A DNA stretch of 62,839 nt, counting the filler, from Gemmatimonadota bacterium (GTDB taxonomy: Bacteria; 4572-55; J002): the NCBI GenBank assembly GCA_003697105.1. It is 6 parts of 5 records of this genome, joined end to end, with 100 filler letters (N's around TTAATTAATTAA, not from the genome) between each part and the next. Parts side by side here need not be neighbours in the genome. Positions count along the whole stretch, not along the records: positions 23,412 to 55,261 come from RFFQ01000099.1; 5 more parts are not named here. One strand, written 5' to 3'. Made by a program: the position numbers and the translations under genes. Shown here piece after piece: positions 29,825-39,727 of the stretch (its first letter is position 1; the number at the start of each line of letters is the position of its first letter). A model generated the notes under the pieces. It saw only the letters and a list, made by a program, of their open reading frames with translations, searched no databases and was not told where the DNA came from.

Positions 29825-32527
29825 TCAAATGAGTTCTATTGTCGCTTTGACGACGTCCTCATCAAAATCGTGGCGCAATGTGAACCCCACTTTTTTGCTA
29901 ACGATTTGCATACCCCGATTTTCCGGCAGAATGTCTGCCACAATGCGGGTTAATCCTTCTGCCCGGCCAATTTCCACTAACTTGCGGAGTAAATGGGTGC
30001 CTAATCCCGACCGTTGGGCGTGATCACTAATGATAATGGCATATTCTCCCTCGGTAGTGCCAGTCCGTTTACTAAGTCGCCCGACACCAATAATTTTGTT
30101 CTCGTGTACGGCGACCAATGCCATTTCGCGGTCATAATCGATGAAACACAGCCGGGAAAGGCGTTCGTGTGCTACGCGTTGTTCCAATCCAAGGGGATGA
30201 AAATAGCGGAAGTAGATGCTTTCATCAGACAGCGTGCGATGAAAATCAACCAGCAACGGTTCATCTTCTGGACGAATGGGGCGGATCAATACATCTAACC
30301 CATTTTTTGTTGTCCAATGTTCCATCAGATGGCTGGGATAAGGGCGGATTGCCGGACGCGGTAGTTCATCATCTTGGACCTGAGGTGGATGGAGTACCAT
30401 CCGCGCATCGAGAGCAACAATGCCTTGCGGGGAAATCTGTAATGGGTTGATGTCAATAGCTCGAATACGGGGCTGATCGAGTACAAACTGGCTGAAACGC
30501 ACCAGTATTCCTTCCAGTTCTGCGGCACGTTTGGTACCGTGGGGGAGTTTTTTCAGGATGTTGTAAATCTGAGTTTGTTCCATCATCCGCCGGGCGAGTG
30601 TGGAGTTTAGAGGGGGTAATCCAACCGCCCGGTCGTGGTATGCCTCTACCAACCGCCCTCCTAACCCGAAGAGTAATGCCGGTCCGAATTGGAGATCGAT
30701 GTCACTGCCAATAATTAATTCAATACCGCACGTGCGCACCATGGGTTGTACCGTTACGCCCGCAAAATGACCACTCCCCAGTTGGCGGGTAACTGTTGTT
30801 TCAATTTGCCGGTAAGCCCGGCGTACTTCCGCTTCATTCGGAATGCCAAGAATGACACCGCCGATATCGGCTTTGTGAGTGATGGTTTGAGAATACAGTT
30901 TAAGCACCACCGGGAAACCGATCTGGTTTGCCCATCTAACGGCTTCGGTTTCATTTTGGGCAAGATAGGTCTCGACGGTTTGGATGCCGTATTCATTTAA
31001 AATCTGTTTAGATTCCACTTCCGTCAGCATACAACGGTCTTGTGTCAGGGCATTCTCGATAATCGTGCGGATTTTCATTTCGTCGGGGGGGTGATCCGCA
31101 TCATAATTGTGGGGGAGGGGGGTTTCGTAAATCCCTTTTAAGGTATAGGCGTAGCGCCACATGTAGTTAAATATCCGGGTGGCGGTATCGGGAAAGGGAA
31201 CGGTGGGGATGCCGGCATCATTTAGCATGGTTTTACAGGCATGGATTTCCCTACCGCCCATTGTACTGGTCAACACCGGTTTATCGGAATGGGGGAGGAT
31301 TTGCACCAATTTTTGGGCGATTGCCGCCGGATCACTCGTTGCTTGGGGGGTAATGATTGTTAGCAGTCCATCAACTTGATCGTCGTTTAAGAGTGGAATG
31401 AGCGTGTTCGCGTACTGTTCTGGAGTAGCGTCGTTCATCATATCTACAGGGTTTTGCTGGCGCCAGTTGGGGGAAAGAACCCGGTTCAGATGCTCGATGG
31501 TTTCAGGGCTAAACTCGGCTAATTGTCCACCTTCCCGGATGAGTGAATCGGTTGCCAAGACTGCCGGACCGCCAGCATTGGTGATGATGGCAAGCCGGTT
31601 GCCTTGTGGGATGGGCTGTTTGGAGAGTACCTCTGCTAAGGCAAAAAGGTCTTCCACGCTATCCACGCGCAACACACCTGTACGTCGGAAAGCGGCGCTC
31701 AAAACCTCATCACTGGCTAAAATAGCGCCGGTATGGGCGGTGGCGAGTCGTCCGGCATCACTGGTTCGTCCGGCTTTAATCACAATAATGGGTTTGGAGA
31801 GTGCCACTTCCCGCGCGGCAGAGAGAAATAAGCGGGCATCACCGATGGATTCCATATAGAGTAAAATACTGTTCGTGTGATGATCATCACCAAAATAACC
31901 GATCAGGTCACCCCAATTGATGTCCGCCATCGTCCCAATTGAGACAAAGGCACTGAAACCGGCATTTTCCTGTAAACTCCAATCCAAAATGGCATTGCAA
32001 ATTGCCCCACTTTGACTGATAAATGCGACGCTACCCGGTTTTGCCATCTGGTGAGTTATGGAGGCATTCAATCTACTGTGGGGACGCATTAGCCCGATGC
32101 AGTTGGGCCCGATCACCCGGATGCCATTTTGACGGGCGCGGCGGAGCACTTCCGCTTCCCGTTGCGCGCCCGTTTCGCCAGATTCCCGGAAGCCGCTGGA
32201 GATGATGATGGCGCCTTTAACACCATTTGCGCCGCATTGGTCGATCACCGGGGGTACCCGTTCTGCCCGCACCGCGATCACCGCAAGATCGATGCTTTCC
32301 GGAATCGCATCCACTTCAGGATATGCTCGGATACCAAGGACACTTTTACGCGTCGGATGGACGGGAAAGACGGTTCCCCCGAACGGGTTACGGATTAGAT
32401 TCCACAGCAGGAGACGGCCGACACTGTTCTCCCGATCTGTCGCACCGATCACAGCAACCGTCCGCGGGGCAAAAATGGCGTCGAGTGACCGCCGGTCATA
32501 ACGGTTTTTCGTGGTAACAGGTGGCAT
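29825..32527 (-). CDS. Acetate--CoA ligase-like/GNAT fusion (Pat/PatZ-type protein lysine acetyltransferase)
   Basis: VAVIGA, GPNCIG, SQSGA, TNAGGP, ATP-grasp (HKADIGGV), C-terminal GNAT ([22 protein letters not shown]). Confidence 0.92.
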   Translation of the reverse strand: MPPVTTKNRYDRRSLDAIFAPRTVAVIGATDRENSVGRLLLWNLIRNPFGGTVFPVHPTRKSVLGIRAYPEVDAIPESIDLAVIAVRAERVPPVIDQCGANGVKGAIIISSGFRESGETGAQREAEVLRRARQNGIRVIGPNCIGLMRPHSRLNASITHQMAKPGSVAFISQSGAICNAILDWSLQENAGFSAFVSIGTMADINWGDLIGYFGDDHHTNSILLYMESIGDARLFLSAAREVALSKPIIVIKAGRTSDAGRLATAHTGAILASDEVLSAAFRRTGVLRVDSVEDLFALAEVLSKQPIPQGNRLAIITNAGGPAVLATDSLIREGGQLAEFSPETIEHLNRVLSPNWRQQNPVDMMNDATPEQYANTLIPLLNDDQVDGLLTIITPQATSDPAAIAQKLVQILPHSDKPVLTSTMGGREIHACKTMLNDAGIPTVPFPDTATRIFNYMWRYAYTLKGIYETPLPHNYDADHPPDEMKIRTIIENALTQDRCMLTEVESKQILNEYGIQTVETYLAQNETEAVRWANQIGFPVVLKLYSQTITHKADIGGVILGIPNEAEVRRAYRQIETTVTRQLGSGHFAGVTVQPMVRTCGIELIIGSDIDLQFGPALLFGLGGRLVEAYHDRAVGLPPLNSTLARRMMEQTQIYNILKKLPHGTKRAAELEGILVRFSQFVLDQPRIRAIDINPLQISPQGIVALDARMVLHPPQVQDDELPRPAIRPYPSHLMEHWTTKNGLDVLIRPIRPEDEPLLVDFHRTLSDESIYFRYFHPLGLEQRVAHERLSRLCFIDYDREMALVAVHENKIIGVGRLSKRTGTTEGEYAIIISDHAQRSGLGTHLLRKLVEIGRAEGLTRIVADILPENRGMQIVSKKVGFTLRHDFDEDVVKATIELI

Positions 32528-32602
32528 TAATGACCCCCCCTCCTGAACAGAACAATGATAAAATTAAAACCGCAGAGAGATGTCTTTCCTCTGTTTTGAA
32601 TT

Positions 32603-33802
32603 TTACACTAACCCAATGTTTTTCAAGCATTTATGGATGCGATCAAAGCTCAGTTGAATATTGTGATCCAGCCCGACAGACATCCGAACGAGCCCGCCAC
32701 TGAGTCCGATTTCCTCTTGTTCTTCTTTGGGGATTTCCGAAGAGGTGCTATGACTGGGGGAACTAAACAATGTCTTAAAATAGCCCAAACTCACTGCCAA
32801 ATAGCCCACTTTTTCTTCTTGCATTAATTTCATCAACTGATCGGCGGTTTCATCATCTTTGGCATCGATTGCTAGCATTCCACTGTAGCCAAAGCCTTCA
32901 TTTTTCAGTTGGTTCATCAAGTCGTGCTGTGGGTGAGATGTTAAACCCGGATAAAAAACGGTTACTCCCAATTTTTGCAGGTGTTCCGCCAGAAACAGTG
33001 CGTTTTCACTATGTTTCTGCATTCGGATATGCAGGCTATGCAAATTTTTGAGAATACTTGCGGCGCGATAGCTGTCCAATACGGGTCCCAACAACATGGA
33101 CGCGCCGGCGTTAATATCGGTCAACGCATGGATGAATTCTGAAGAAGAGCAGACACAGCCAGCAACACAATCACTGGTGCCATTGATGTATTTGGTCATA
33201 CTGTGGATGACGACATCCGCGCCCCACTGGATCGGCGAAATGATCATCGGACTAAACGTGTTGTCGATGACGAGCGTCAGGTTGTGTGCTTTGGCAATCC
33301 GGCTCAATTCGGGGATATTGGCGACTTCCAGCAAAGGATTACTGACGGACTCACCGTACAGCATTTTGGTGTTCTCCGTGATCGCCGCCTTGACCTCGTC
33401 CAAGTTGGTCATATCCACAAACTTGACGGTAATGCCCAATTTCGGCAGGAAATTTTTAAAGAAGGCATACGTACCACCGTAAATAGTATGGCTGGCAACA
33501 ATTTCATCACCGGCACGGCAAATTTGGAGAGTTGTGCTACTGATCGCACCCATTCCAGAAGCGGTGACAAGTGCCATTTCACTGCCTTCCATTGCCGCTA
33601 GGGCTTCGGATAGATGTCGGTTGATTGGATTCCAATGCCGGGAATATAAAAAGCATCCCTCAATTTCATGATCGAAGATTTCGTTCATCGTCTGCGGGTC
33701 TTTAAATGTAAAGGTAGATGAATCGGTGATAGAGGGGTTTACATCACCGTATTCTCCGAAGACTAAAAAATCTTGGATGCCACGAGTTGGATCGAATGCC
33801 AT
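32603..33802 (-). CDS. Methionine gamma-lyase-like Cys/Met metabolism PLP enzyme
   Basis: FGEYGDVNPSI, YSRHWNP, ASGMGA, DNTF, HSMTKYING, AVSLGY, GLVRMSVG. Confidence 0.88.
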   Translation of the reverse strand: MAFDPTRGIQDFLVFGEYGDVNPSITDSSTFTFKDPQTMNEIFDHEIEGCFLYSRHWNPINRHLSEALAAMEGSEMALVTASGMGAISSTTLQICRAGDEIVASHTIYGGTYAFFKNFLPKLGITVKFVDMTNLDEVKAAITENTKMLYGESVSNPLLEVANIPELSRIAKAHNLTLVIDNTFSPMIISPIQWGADVVIHSMTKYINGTSDCVAGCVCSSSEFIHALTDINAGASMLLGPVLDSYRAASILKNLHSLHIRMQKHSENALFLAEHLQKLGVTVFYPGLTSHPQHDLMNQLKNEGFGYSGMLAIDAKDDETADQLMKLMQEEKVGYLAVSLGYFKTLFSSPSHSTSSEIPKEEQEEIGLSGGLVRMSVGLDHNIQLSFDRIHKCLKNIGLV

Positions 33803-34019
33803 GATTATGTGTCCTTTCTATTATAAGGGTTTATAAGTGCATACGATAAGGGATTGATCTGGAGGCTTATCTCAATGTTCGCCGGCGTTCGTTATAGAAT
33901 ATTAGAAAAATCGACCGATAAGCCGTTTTCTGAAACATAATATGCGGCGGATCAAAAAGCAATGATCTTCGGGATATTTTTGGTAATTCTCGGAGAAGGG
34001 TCACGGGTACACAAACTGC

Positions 34020-34048
34020 TTGACTTTATTCCTGTCTCGTTCTACTAT
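34020..34048 (+). promoter_or_regulatory. Putative sigma70 promoter of comF
   Basis: TTGACT-17 bp-TACTAT. Confidence 0.6.
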
Positions 34049-34105
34049 TGCCATGATATGGATATTTTGGGTTTCTGGTAGCCGTAAAAGTGTAGGGTTC
34101 GCGGT

Positions 34106-34852
34106 ATGGCTGGGTTTATCAGTGCTTTGATCGACTTTTTTTATCCCCCGTATTGTCTTCTCTGCGACAACCGGTTGGATGGTGTGGAGAAGTTCATCTG
34201 CCCCATCTGCTGGAATCGATTAGAGCCAGCGGAGATTTCCGAATATGATCTCCGGCGGACAGGTGGCTGGATCGACCAACTGGTCTCTCTGGCAGCGTTT
34301 CGGGAGAAGGCGTTTTTTAATGAACTGGAAGATGAGATTTATGAGCCGGTCATGCAACAGATGCTTCATTTGCTCAAATATGGAAACAAGCGCAGTTTAG
34401 GGGTTCAGTTAGGGCGTAAACTGGGGCAGGTCATCCGTAGGGCAGAATGGCACGAGGCGGTAAACCGGATCATACCGGTGCCGTTACACTCTGTACGTTA
34501 TCGTGAGCGGGGATATAATCAAAGTGAACGGATTGCGCGGGGTGTTGCGCAAGTGCTGAATATACCCGTGGATACCACCTCGTTGAAGCGCACCAAAATG
34601 ACACAATCCTTGACACATCTCAATGCGTATGAACGGCAACGGACGGTGGCGGATGCGTTTCACATCGCGAACGGGTCTGACATCGATGGGCAAGTGGTAT
34701 TGCTGGTGGATGATGTGTTCACCACAGGTGCCACCTTAACCGCGTGTGCCCGTACCCTGAAAAACCAAGGCGGTGTTGCGATTGTCATGGCGGCGACGGT
34801 TGCGAAAACCCCCCTCACCCCAAAGGAAGAAGAGGATGATGGCAAATCATAA
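34106..34852 (+). CDS. comF: ComF family protein (zinc finger + PRTase)
   Basis: CLLC/CPIC, PVPLH, RGYNQS, LLVDDVFTTGAT. Confidence 0.93.
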   Translation: MAGFISALIDFFYPPYCLLCDNRLDGVEKFICPICWNRLEPAEISEYDLRRTGGWIDQLVSLAAFREKAFFNELEDEIYEPVMQQMLHLLKYGNKRSLGVQLGRKLGQVIRRAEWHEAVNRIIPVPLHSVRYRERGYNQSERIARGVAQVLNIPVDTTSLKRTKMTQSLTHLNAYERQRTVADAFHIANGSDIDGQVVLLVDDVFTTGATLTACARTLKNQGGVAIVMAATVAKTPLTPKEEEDDGKS

Positions 34853-36005
34853 CGATTTATTGCGGAATATTTCATTTTTTAAAATGCTCTCTGACGCGGA
34901 TTTAAGTGAGATCAGTGCCGTACTCACGGAGGAATTTTATCCGGCAGGGACGTTGATCTTTGAAGAAGGAAGTGTGGGGCATACCTTTTATATCATTAAA
35001 TCTGGGCGGATCGAAATTACGAAGCGCGTGGGCGAGAGCAAGGAGCATCTTGTGGCGATTGAGGAAGTCAACGACTTTTTCGGTGAAATGGCACTGTTAG
35101 AACATAAACCCCGTTCCGCTACGGTCAGATCACTTGAAGATACATATTTATTAGGCTTATCCCAAACGGATTTTGATCAACTGTTAGCAAAAAATCCGGT
35201 AACATATTACCAGATTGCCCGGGCGTTAAGTTCCCGGTTGCGGGAGGCAAATGACCGGATGATCCGGGATTTGCAAGCCAAAAATCGAGAATTGCAGCAA
35301 GCCTATGATGAACTCAAACAAGCCAAGACAGAGCTGGTTGCCCGTGAGAAATTGGCAATGATCGGTTCGGTTACCAGCCGTATTGTGCATGACATCAAAA
35401 GCCCTATTACCTGTATCATGGGTTATGCGGAGTTGATTTACAAACAATCTCCGGAAAGTCGGAAATATTGCCAGACCATCAGCCATGAAGTGGAGCGGCT
35501 CACTGATATGATTCAGGAAGTTCTTGAATTTGCACGTGGAGATGATACCCAGCTCAATTTAGATCGCTATAACCTCACCCACTTTTTAGACCAAGTGATG
35601 GATTTTGTGCGGATGGATATCGAACGTTTACCGATTGACCTTGAAACCGATTACGATCTGGAAGTGTACGGGGTTTTTGATGGAGATAAGATGCGCCGGG
35701 TATTGCATAATTTGATCGCAAATGCCGTTGAGGCCGTTCATCAAGGTGGTTTAGTTCGGGTGAGCGCCGCCGTGGACGGGACGACCCTCATCTTACAGGT
35801 GTTTGATTCCGGCAGTGGTATTCCTGCAGAAATCGCGGAGCATTTGTTTGAGCCGTTTGTGACATTTGGTAAGCCGCGGGGCACGGGTTTAGGGTTGGCA
35901 ATCTGCAAAAATATCATTGAAGCACATCGCGGGACGATTTCGTTTCAACATGCCGCCGGTGAGGGCACAACTTTTACAGTCACGTTACCAGATGCGATCC
36001 GTTAG
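34836..36005 (+). CDS. Cytoplasmic histidine kinase with N-terminal cyclic-nucleotide-binding domain
   Basis: FFGEMALL...PRSATV cNMP motif, HDIKSP H-box, NLIANA, DSGSGI, GTGLGL. Confidence 0.92.
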   Translation: MMANHNDLLRNISFFKMLSDADLSEISAVLTEEFYPAGTLIFEEGSVGHTFYIIKSGRIEITKRVGESKEHLVAIEEVNDFFGEMALLEHKPRSATVRSLEDTYLLGLSQTDFDQLLAKNPVTYYQIARALSSRLREANDRMIRDLQAKNRELQQAYDELKQAKTELVAREKLAMIGSVTSRIVHDIKSPITCIMGYAELIYKQSPESRKYCQTISHEVERLTDMIQEVLEFARGDDTQLNLDRYNLTHFLDQVMDFVRMDIERLPIDLETDYDLEVYGVFDGDKMRRVLHNLIANAVEAVHQGGLVRVSAAVDGTTLILQVFDSGSGIPAEIAEHLFEPFVTFGKPRGTGLGLAICKNIIEAHRGTISFQHAAGEGTTFTVTLPDAIR

Positions 36006-36018
36006 ATGGAAAAACACG

Positions 36019-36047
36019 TTGACAGTGCCGAATTTTGCCAATATTTT
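36019..36047 (+). promoter_or_regulatory. Putative sigma70 promoter
   Basis: TTGACA-17 bp-TATTTT. Confidence 0.55.
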
Positions 36048-36097
36048 GATAGTTAGTGGGTGAATGTTATGTGGAACATTTGGCTAAGGGATTACCA

Positions 36098-36745
36098 ATG
36101 GCGACCATTTTGATTGTGGATGATGAGCCGGCAATTTTACGCCTCTGCTATGATTCGATTATGAAGCGGGGTTACGTAGCACTGACAGCGGAATCCGGTC
36201 CGGCGGCGTTAGCCCTGATGAAAGACCCCCAGACCACGGTGGATTTGGTCATCACGGATTTTATGATGCCCAATATGAACGGGGTGGAATTTATGACGGC
36301 GCTGCATCAAATCAAGCCCAATGTCCCCGTGATTGTGATGACCGCCCACCATACATTGGATAAAACGATGATGTCTATGGCGAAAGGAGCTTTTGATTAT
36401 ATCCGAAAACCGTTTCGAGTCTCTGCCCTAATTCAACTGATTGATCGAGCACTGTTGGAATCCGGTAAGCAACACCCCGGAACCCATGCGGCAGAGGCTA
36501 GTTCCGCATCACCGGTAGTGTCGCACCGTCCGCCGCCACAACTGGTTACCCCCAATCCTTCCGGTGAATCCAAAAACAAACCTACCATGAATTTCAACCA
36601 GTTATTTTGGGAAGGATACCGGCTATATAAGGCACAAAAGTACGAAGAAGCCCGCGAATATTGGAATCGTGCTTTGGCATTGAAGCCCAACGACCCCAAA
36701 ATATTAGCCAATCTTAAATTGCTGGATCAAAAACAGCCTTCTTGA
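36098..36745 (+). CDS. Response regulator, REC plus C-terminal TPR
   Basis: IVDDE, TDFMMP, YIRKP; Pro/Ser linker; TPR 'GYRLYKAQKYEEAREYWNRALALKP'. Confidence 0.88.
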   Translation: MATILIVDDEPAILRLCYDSIMKRGYVALTAESGPAALALMKDPQTTVDLVITDFMMPNMNGVEFMTALHQIKPNVPVIVMTAHHTLDKTMMSMAKGAFDYIRKPFRVSALIQLIDRALLESGKQHPGTHAAEASSASPVVSHRPPPQLVTPNPSGESKNKPTMNFNQLFWEGYRLYKAQKYEEAREYWNRALALKPNDPKILANLKLLDQKQPS

Positions 36746-36806
36746 GGTCTTCATTCCTGTTTTATGCCCCGATCCATTTCTTTTTTGTTCCGCGCAAAAA
36801 AACATA

Positions 36807-36835
36807 TTGACAAACCGCTATAAGTCTTCTATTAT
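36807..36835 (+). promoter_or_regulatory. Sigma70 promoter of the atp operon
   Basis: TTGACA (36807-36812)-17 bp-TATTAT (36830-36835). Confidence 0.85.
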
Positions 36836-36843
36836 TCACGCGG

Positions 36844-36865
36844 CTTTGAGAATAATTTCACAAAG
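36844..36865. promoter_or_regulatory. Putative Rex operator
   Basis: CT-TTGAGAA-TAAT-TTCACAA-AG; one mismatch to TTGTGAA-N4-TTCACAA. Confidence 0.75.
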
Positions 36866-36882
36866 TCATTTTTTTATCGGCT

Positions 36883-37254
36883 ATGGATACCGATTTTATC
36901 ACTCAAGTTTATCGCACTACTATTTACGTCGCGCTTGTTTTTATTGCGTTGTGTCTTTCGCAACAATTGTGGGCGTGGGTTTTAGGATTAAGCGCGGGTA
37001 CGTTACTGGGGCTTGGCGTTGTCAAATCGATAGAACTTTTTGTCGAGTATGCTTTGACACCTTCCCAACGGCGATTATGGGTGATTCCGTTGGTTTTATT
37101 GAAATACATTGGTATCGGGTTGCTTTTGTACGTGTTGTTACGCTATTTTGGTTTGAACCCGATTCCGCTGGCTGCCGGGTTCAGCATTATTTATCTGGTA
37201 ATTACCTTAAAAGCAGTGGGTCATATCATTTTGCAGTATCTTGAGAAGGAGTAA
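36883..37254 (+). CDS. atpI: ATP synthase protein I
   Basis: 123-aa four-TM protein immediately upstream of atpB. Confidence 0.8.
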   Translation: MDTDFITQVYRTTIYVALVFIALCLSQQLWAWVLGLSAGTLLGLGVVKSIELFVEYALTPSQRRLWVIPLVLLKYIGIGLLLYVLLRYFGLNPIPLAAGFSIIYLVITLKAVGHIILQYLEKE

Positions 37255-37257
37255 TGA

Positions 37258-37980
37258 GTGAAACATCCGCCGACTTGGTTTAGTATCGTATATGATTCCC
37301 TCACACATAGCCATCTAGCACCGATGGCGCAGATTTTAATTGTTACGGGCGTTGTTGCCGCCTTACTGATTTTTCTGTCATGGTGGTTGACCCGCGGGTT
37401 GACTGCTGGGGCTCCCTCCAAACGTCAAAATTTTGCCGAAGTTTTGGTTGAGCTTACCGAAAAAGGGGTAATCGATATTGTAGGCCCGCACGGTAAAGAA
37501 TACGCGGCATATATCGGTACCCTCTTCTTTTATATTTTGTTTCTCAATTTGTTTGGGTTGGTGCCCGGGTTTTTAGCGCCGACAAGCAGTCTGTCCACGA
37601 CCGCGGCACTGGCAATTGTGACGTTTTTTTATGTGCAGTGGAAAGGGATTAAAGCGCTCGGTGTAAAAGATTATAGCTTGCACTTTGTGGGCGAGCCACT
37701 TTGGTTAGCGCCACTCATGTTTCCTTTGCACATTATTGGTGAATTGGCAAAGCCACTCTCACTCGCCCTGCGTTTGTTTGGGAATATCTACGGTAAAGAT
37801 ATGGTCATCATTATTTTGCTGTGGTTCTCGGTTGACCTGTTCATGGGGTTTGTTCCGTTGCAACTTCCCATTATCTTTTTGGGTGTCTTGGTGAGTGCGT
37901 TGCAAGCGCTAGTGTTTGCGATGCTTTCTTGCATCTATTTGGCTTTGATTACCGTTCATCATGGTGATGACCATCATTAA
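37258..37980 (+). CDS. atpB: ATP synthase F0 subunit a
   Basis: NLFGLVPG, PLSLALRLFGN (essential Arg), LQALVFAMLS. Confidence 0.97.
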   Translation: MKHPPTWFSIVYDSLTHSHLAPMAQILIVTGVVAALLIFLSWWLTRGLTAGAPSKRQNFAEVLVELTEKGVIDIVGPHGKEYAAYIGTLFFYILFLNLFGLVPGFLAPTSSLSTTAALAIVTFFYVQWKGIKALGVKDYSLHFVGEPLWLAPLMFPLHIIGELAKPLSLALRLFGNIYGKDMVIIILLWFSVDLFMGFVPLQLPIIFLGVLVSALQALVFAMLSCIYLALITVHHGDDHH

Positions 37981-38056
37981 GAAATTAAAAAAACTCTATA
38001 TTCATTTGTATTCAATCCCTTTTTTGTGACACATCCGTTTAAGGAGGATTTTCAGA

Positions 38057-38350
38057 ATGTTGTATCTTAGCATGTTAGCGTTGGCTGTCGGTTTTGGTTT
38101 GCCTCTTGCCGCTTTTGGTGGTGCTTTGGGTCAAGGTAAAGGTCTGGCGGCGGCGATGGAAGGTATTGCTCGCCAACCGGAAGCTGCAGGTAAAATCCAA
38201 ACGGCATTAATTATTGGTTTGGCGCTGATTGAATCTTTGGTGATTTATGCGTTGTTGTCGTTTTTCATGTTACAAGGCAAATTACCGGCAGTTAACCCGG
38301 ATATGCTTCGGGAGCTTGCTGGTGCGGCGCTGAAAGCAGCGGGTCATTAA
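38057..38350 (+). CDS. atpE: ATP synthase F0 subunit c
   Basis: GGALGQG, ARQPEA loop, [17 protein letters not shown]. Confidence 0.97.
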   Translation: MLYLSMLALAVGFGLPLAAFGGALGQGKGLAAAMEGIARQPEAAGKIQTALIIGLALIESLVIYALLSFFMLQGKLPAVNPDMLRELAGAALKAAGH

Positions 38351-38356
38351 ATTCTT

Positions 38357-38401
38357 AAGGGCTAAGCATAATCTGTAATGGGGGTTATGCTTAGCTTTTT
38401 T
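38357..38401 (+). terminator. Terminator-like hairpin between atpE and atpF
   Basis: GCTAAGCATAATC / GGTTATGCTTAGC 13-bp stem followed by T6. Confidence 0.75.
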
Positions 38402-38443
38402 ATGTGCATCCGGTTCACTCAACTAGCAAGAGATAGAGAAAAT

Positions 38444-39091
38444 ATGAAAACAAACAACTTGGTTTTCATCAGTCAATTGTTCTGTTTGATTTTGGTCTTT
38501 GTACTGGCATTTTCAGTCGCGACGGGGTTTGCGGCGGATGATGGCGGTCACGGCGGGGGCCATGATGAAGGACATAGTGAAAATCCGGTTTCCATTGATT
38601 GGGCGGCATTGGTTTCGCAAATAGTTGCCTTCCTGATTTTACTCTGGGTGATGAAGGCATTTATGTTTGGTCCGATTGGGCGTATTTTGGAAGAGCGTCG
38701 CTCCAATATCCAGACCCAATTGGAACAGATCGACCAAGACCGTCAGGATATGACCCGGTTGAAAGGGGAATATGAGTCTCGTTTAAGTGACATCGAGGCG
38801 GAAGCTCGCAAGAAAATCCAAGAAGCGATCAATCGTGGAAATGAATTGGGTGAGCATGTACAGGAGGAAGCCCGCAAAAAAGCGGATCAGATGCTTCAAA
38901 AAGCGCATGAGGCGCTAGAATACGAAAAAAATCGGGCTACCCTAGAAATGCGAACTCAAATTACGGAATTAGCCCTGGATATGGCGTCCCGTTTGATTCA
39001 CAAGGAACTGAATCCTGAATTACATAAAGAGTTAATCGATAAGTTTATTAACGAAGTGGAAGAAAAAGTGGCTCACGAGGGTAATGTATGA
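38444..39091 (+). CDS. atpF: ATP synthase F0 subunit b with N-terminal extension
   Basis: SQIVAFLILLWVMKAFMFGPIGRILEERR then coiled coil; operon position. Confidence 0.93.
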   Translation: MKTNNLVFISQLFCLILVFVLAFSVATGFAADDGGHGGGHDEGHSENPVSIDWAALVSQIVAFLILLWVMKAFMFGPIGRILEERRSNIQTQLEQIDQDRQDMTRLKGEYESRLSDIEAEARKKIQEAINRGNELGEHVQEEARKKADQMLQKAHEALEYEKNRATLEMRTQITELALDMASRLIHKELNPELHKELIDKFINEVEEKVAHEGNV

Positions 39092-39663
39092 GAGCAAAAG
39101 TTGCAAAACGCTATGCAAAGGCACTATTTGATGCGGCAATAAAGGCAAACGCGCTGGAAGCAGTTCATCAGGGCTACCTGCAATTGGCAGGCGTGGTCCG
39201 TGATTCCGAAAATTTGCGTTATTACCTCGGCGAACCCCGTATCCCTATTGAGCGAAAGCGAAAAACCATCCAATATATCTTTGATGAGTTTCGGAAATCC
39301 GTGACGGAGGATCAAAAAGCGGGTCTGGATTTGATCGCAGATTTTATCGATCTGCTATTGAAGAAAAACCGCCAAAGTATTCTTCTGGATGTCAATGATG
39401 AGTTGGATGAGCTTTATAATCGCCATCATAACCGGTTGCCGGCATATGTTACGACCGCCGTGCCACTCTCCGACGAGCAGGCAACGCAATTAAAGGCACG
39501 GTTGGAAGCTGCAACCGGTAAATCCATTGAACTGATTCAAAACATCGATGAACGCATTATCGGTGGGGTGGTGGTTCGGATTCAGGATTTGCTGATCGAT
39601 GGCAGTATTCAAAGTGCTATGCGGCATATGCGTCAAAGGCTTTTATCACGAGTGAGTCATTAA
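39088..39663 (+). CDS. atpH: ATP synthase F1 subunit delta
   Basis: VAKRYAKALF, VTTAVPL, IIGGVVVRIQDLLIDGSI. Confidence 0.96.
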   Translation: MRAKVAKRYAKALFDAAIKANALEAVHQGYLQLAGVVRDSENLRYYLGEPRIPIERKRKTIQYIFDEFRKSVTEDQKAGLDLIADFIDLLLKKNRQSILLDVNDELDELYNRHHNRLPAYVTTAVPLSDEQATQLKARLEAATGKSIELIQNIDERIIGGVVVRIQDLLIDGSIQSAMRHMRQRLLSRVSH

Positions 39664-39727
39664 TCGATTTTACCAAAATTAAACCGTATTCATCGACTGA
39701 TAATACAGAAATATGTAGGGAGATGAA

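Noticed and set aside
33803-34105. SAM riboswitch upstream of the methionine gamma-lyase
   Set aside because: No SAM-I core motifs or terminator found by eye
36807-37244. 145-aa ORF overlapping atpI
   Set aside because: Its start is the -35 hexamer TTG; the alternative frame gives a typical AtpI
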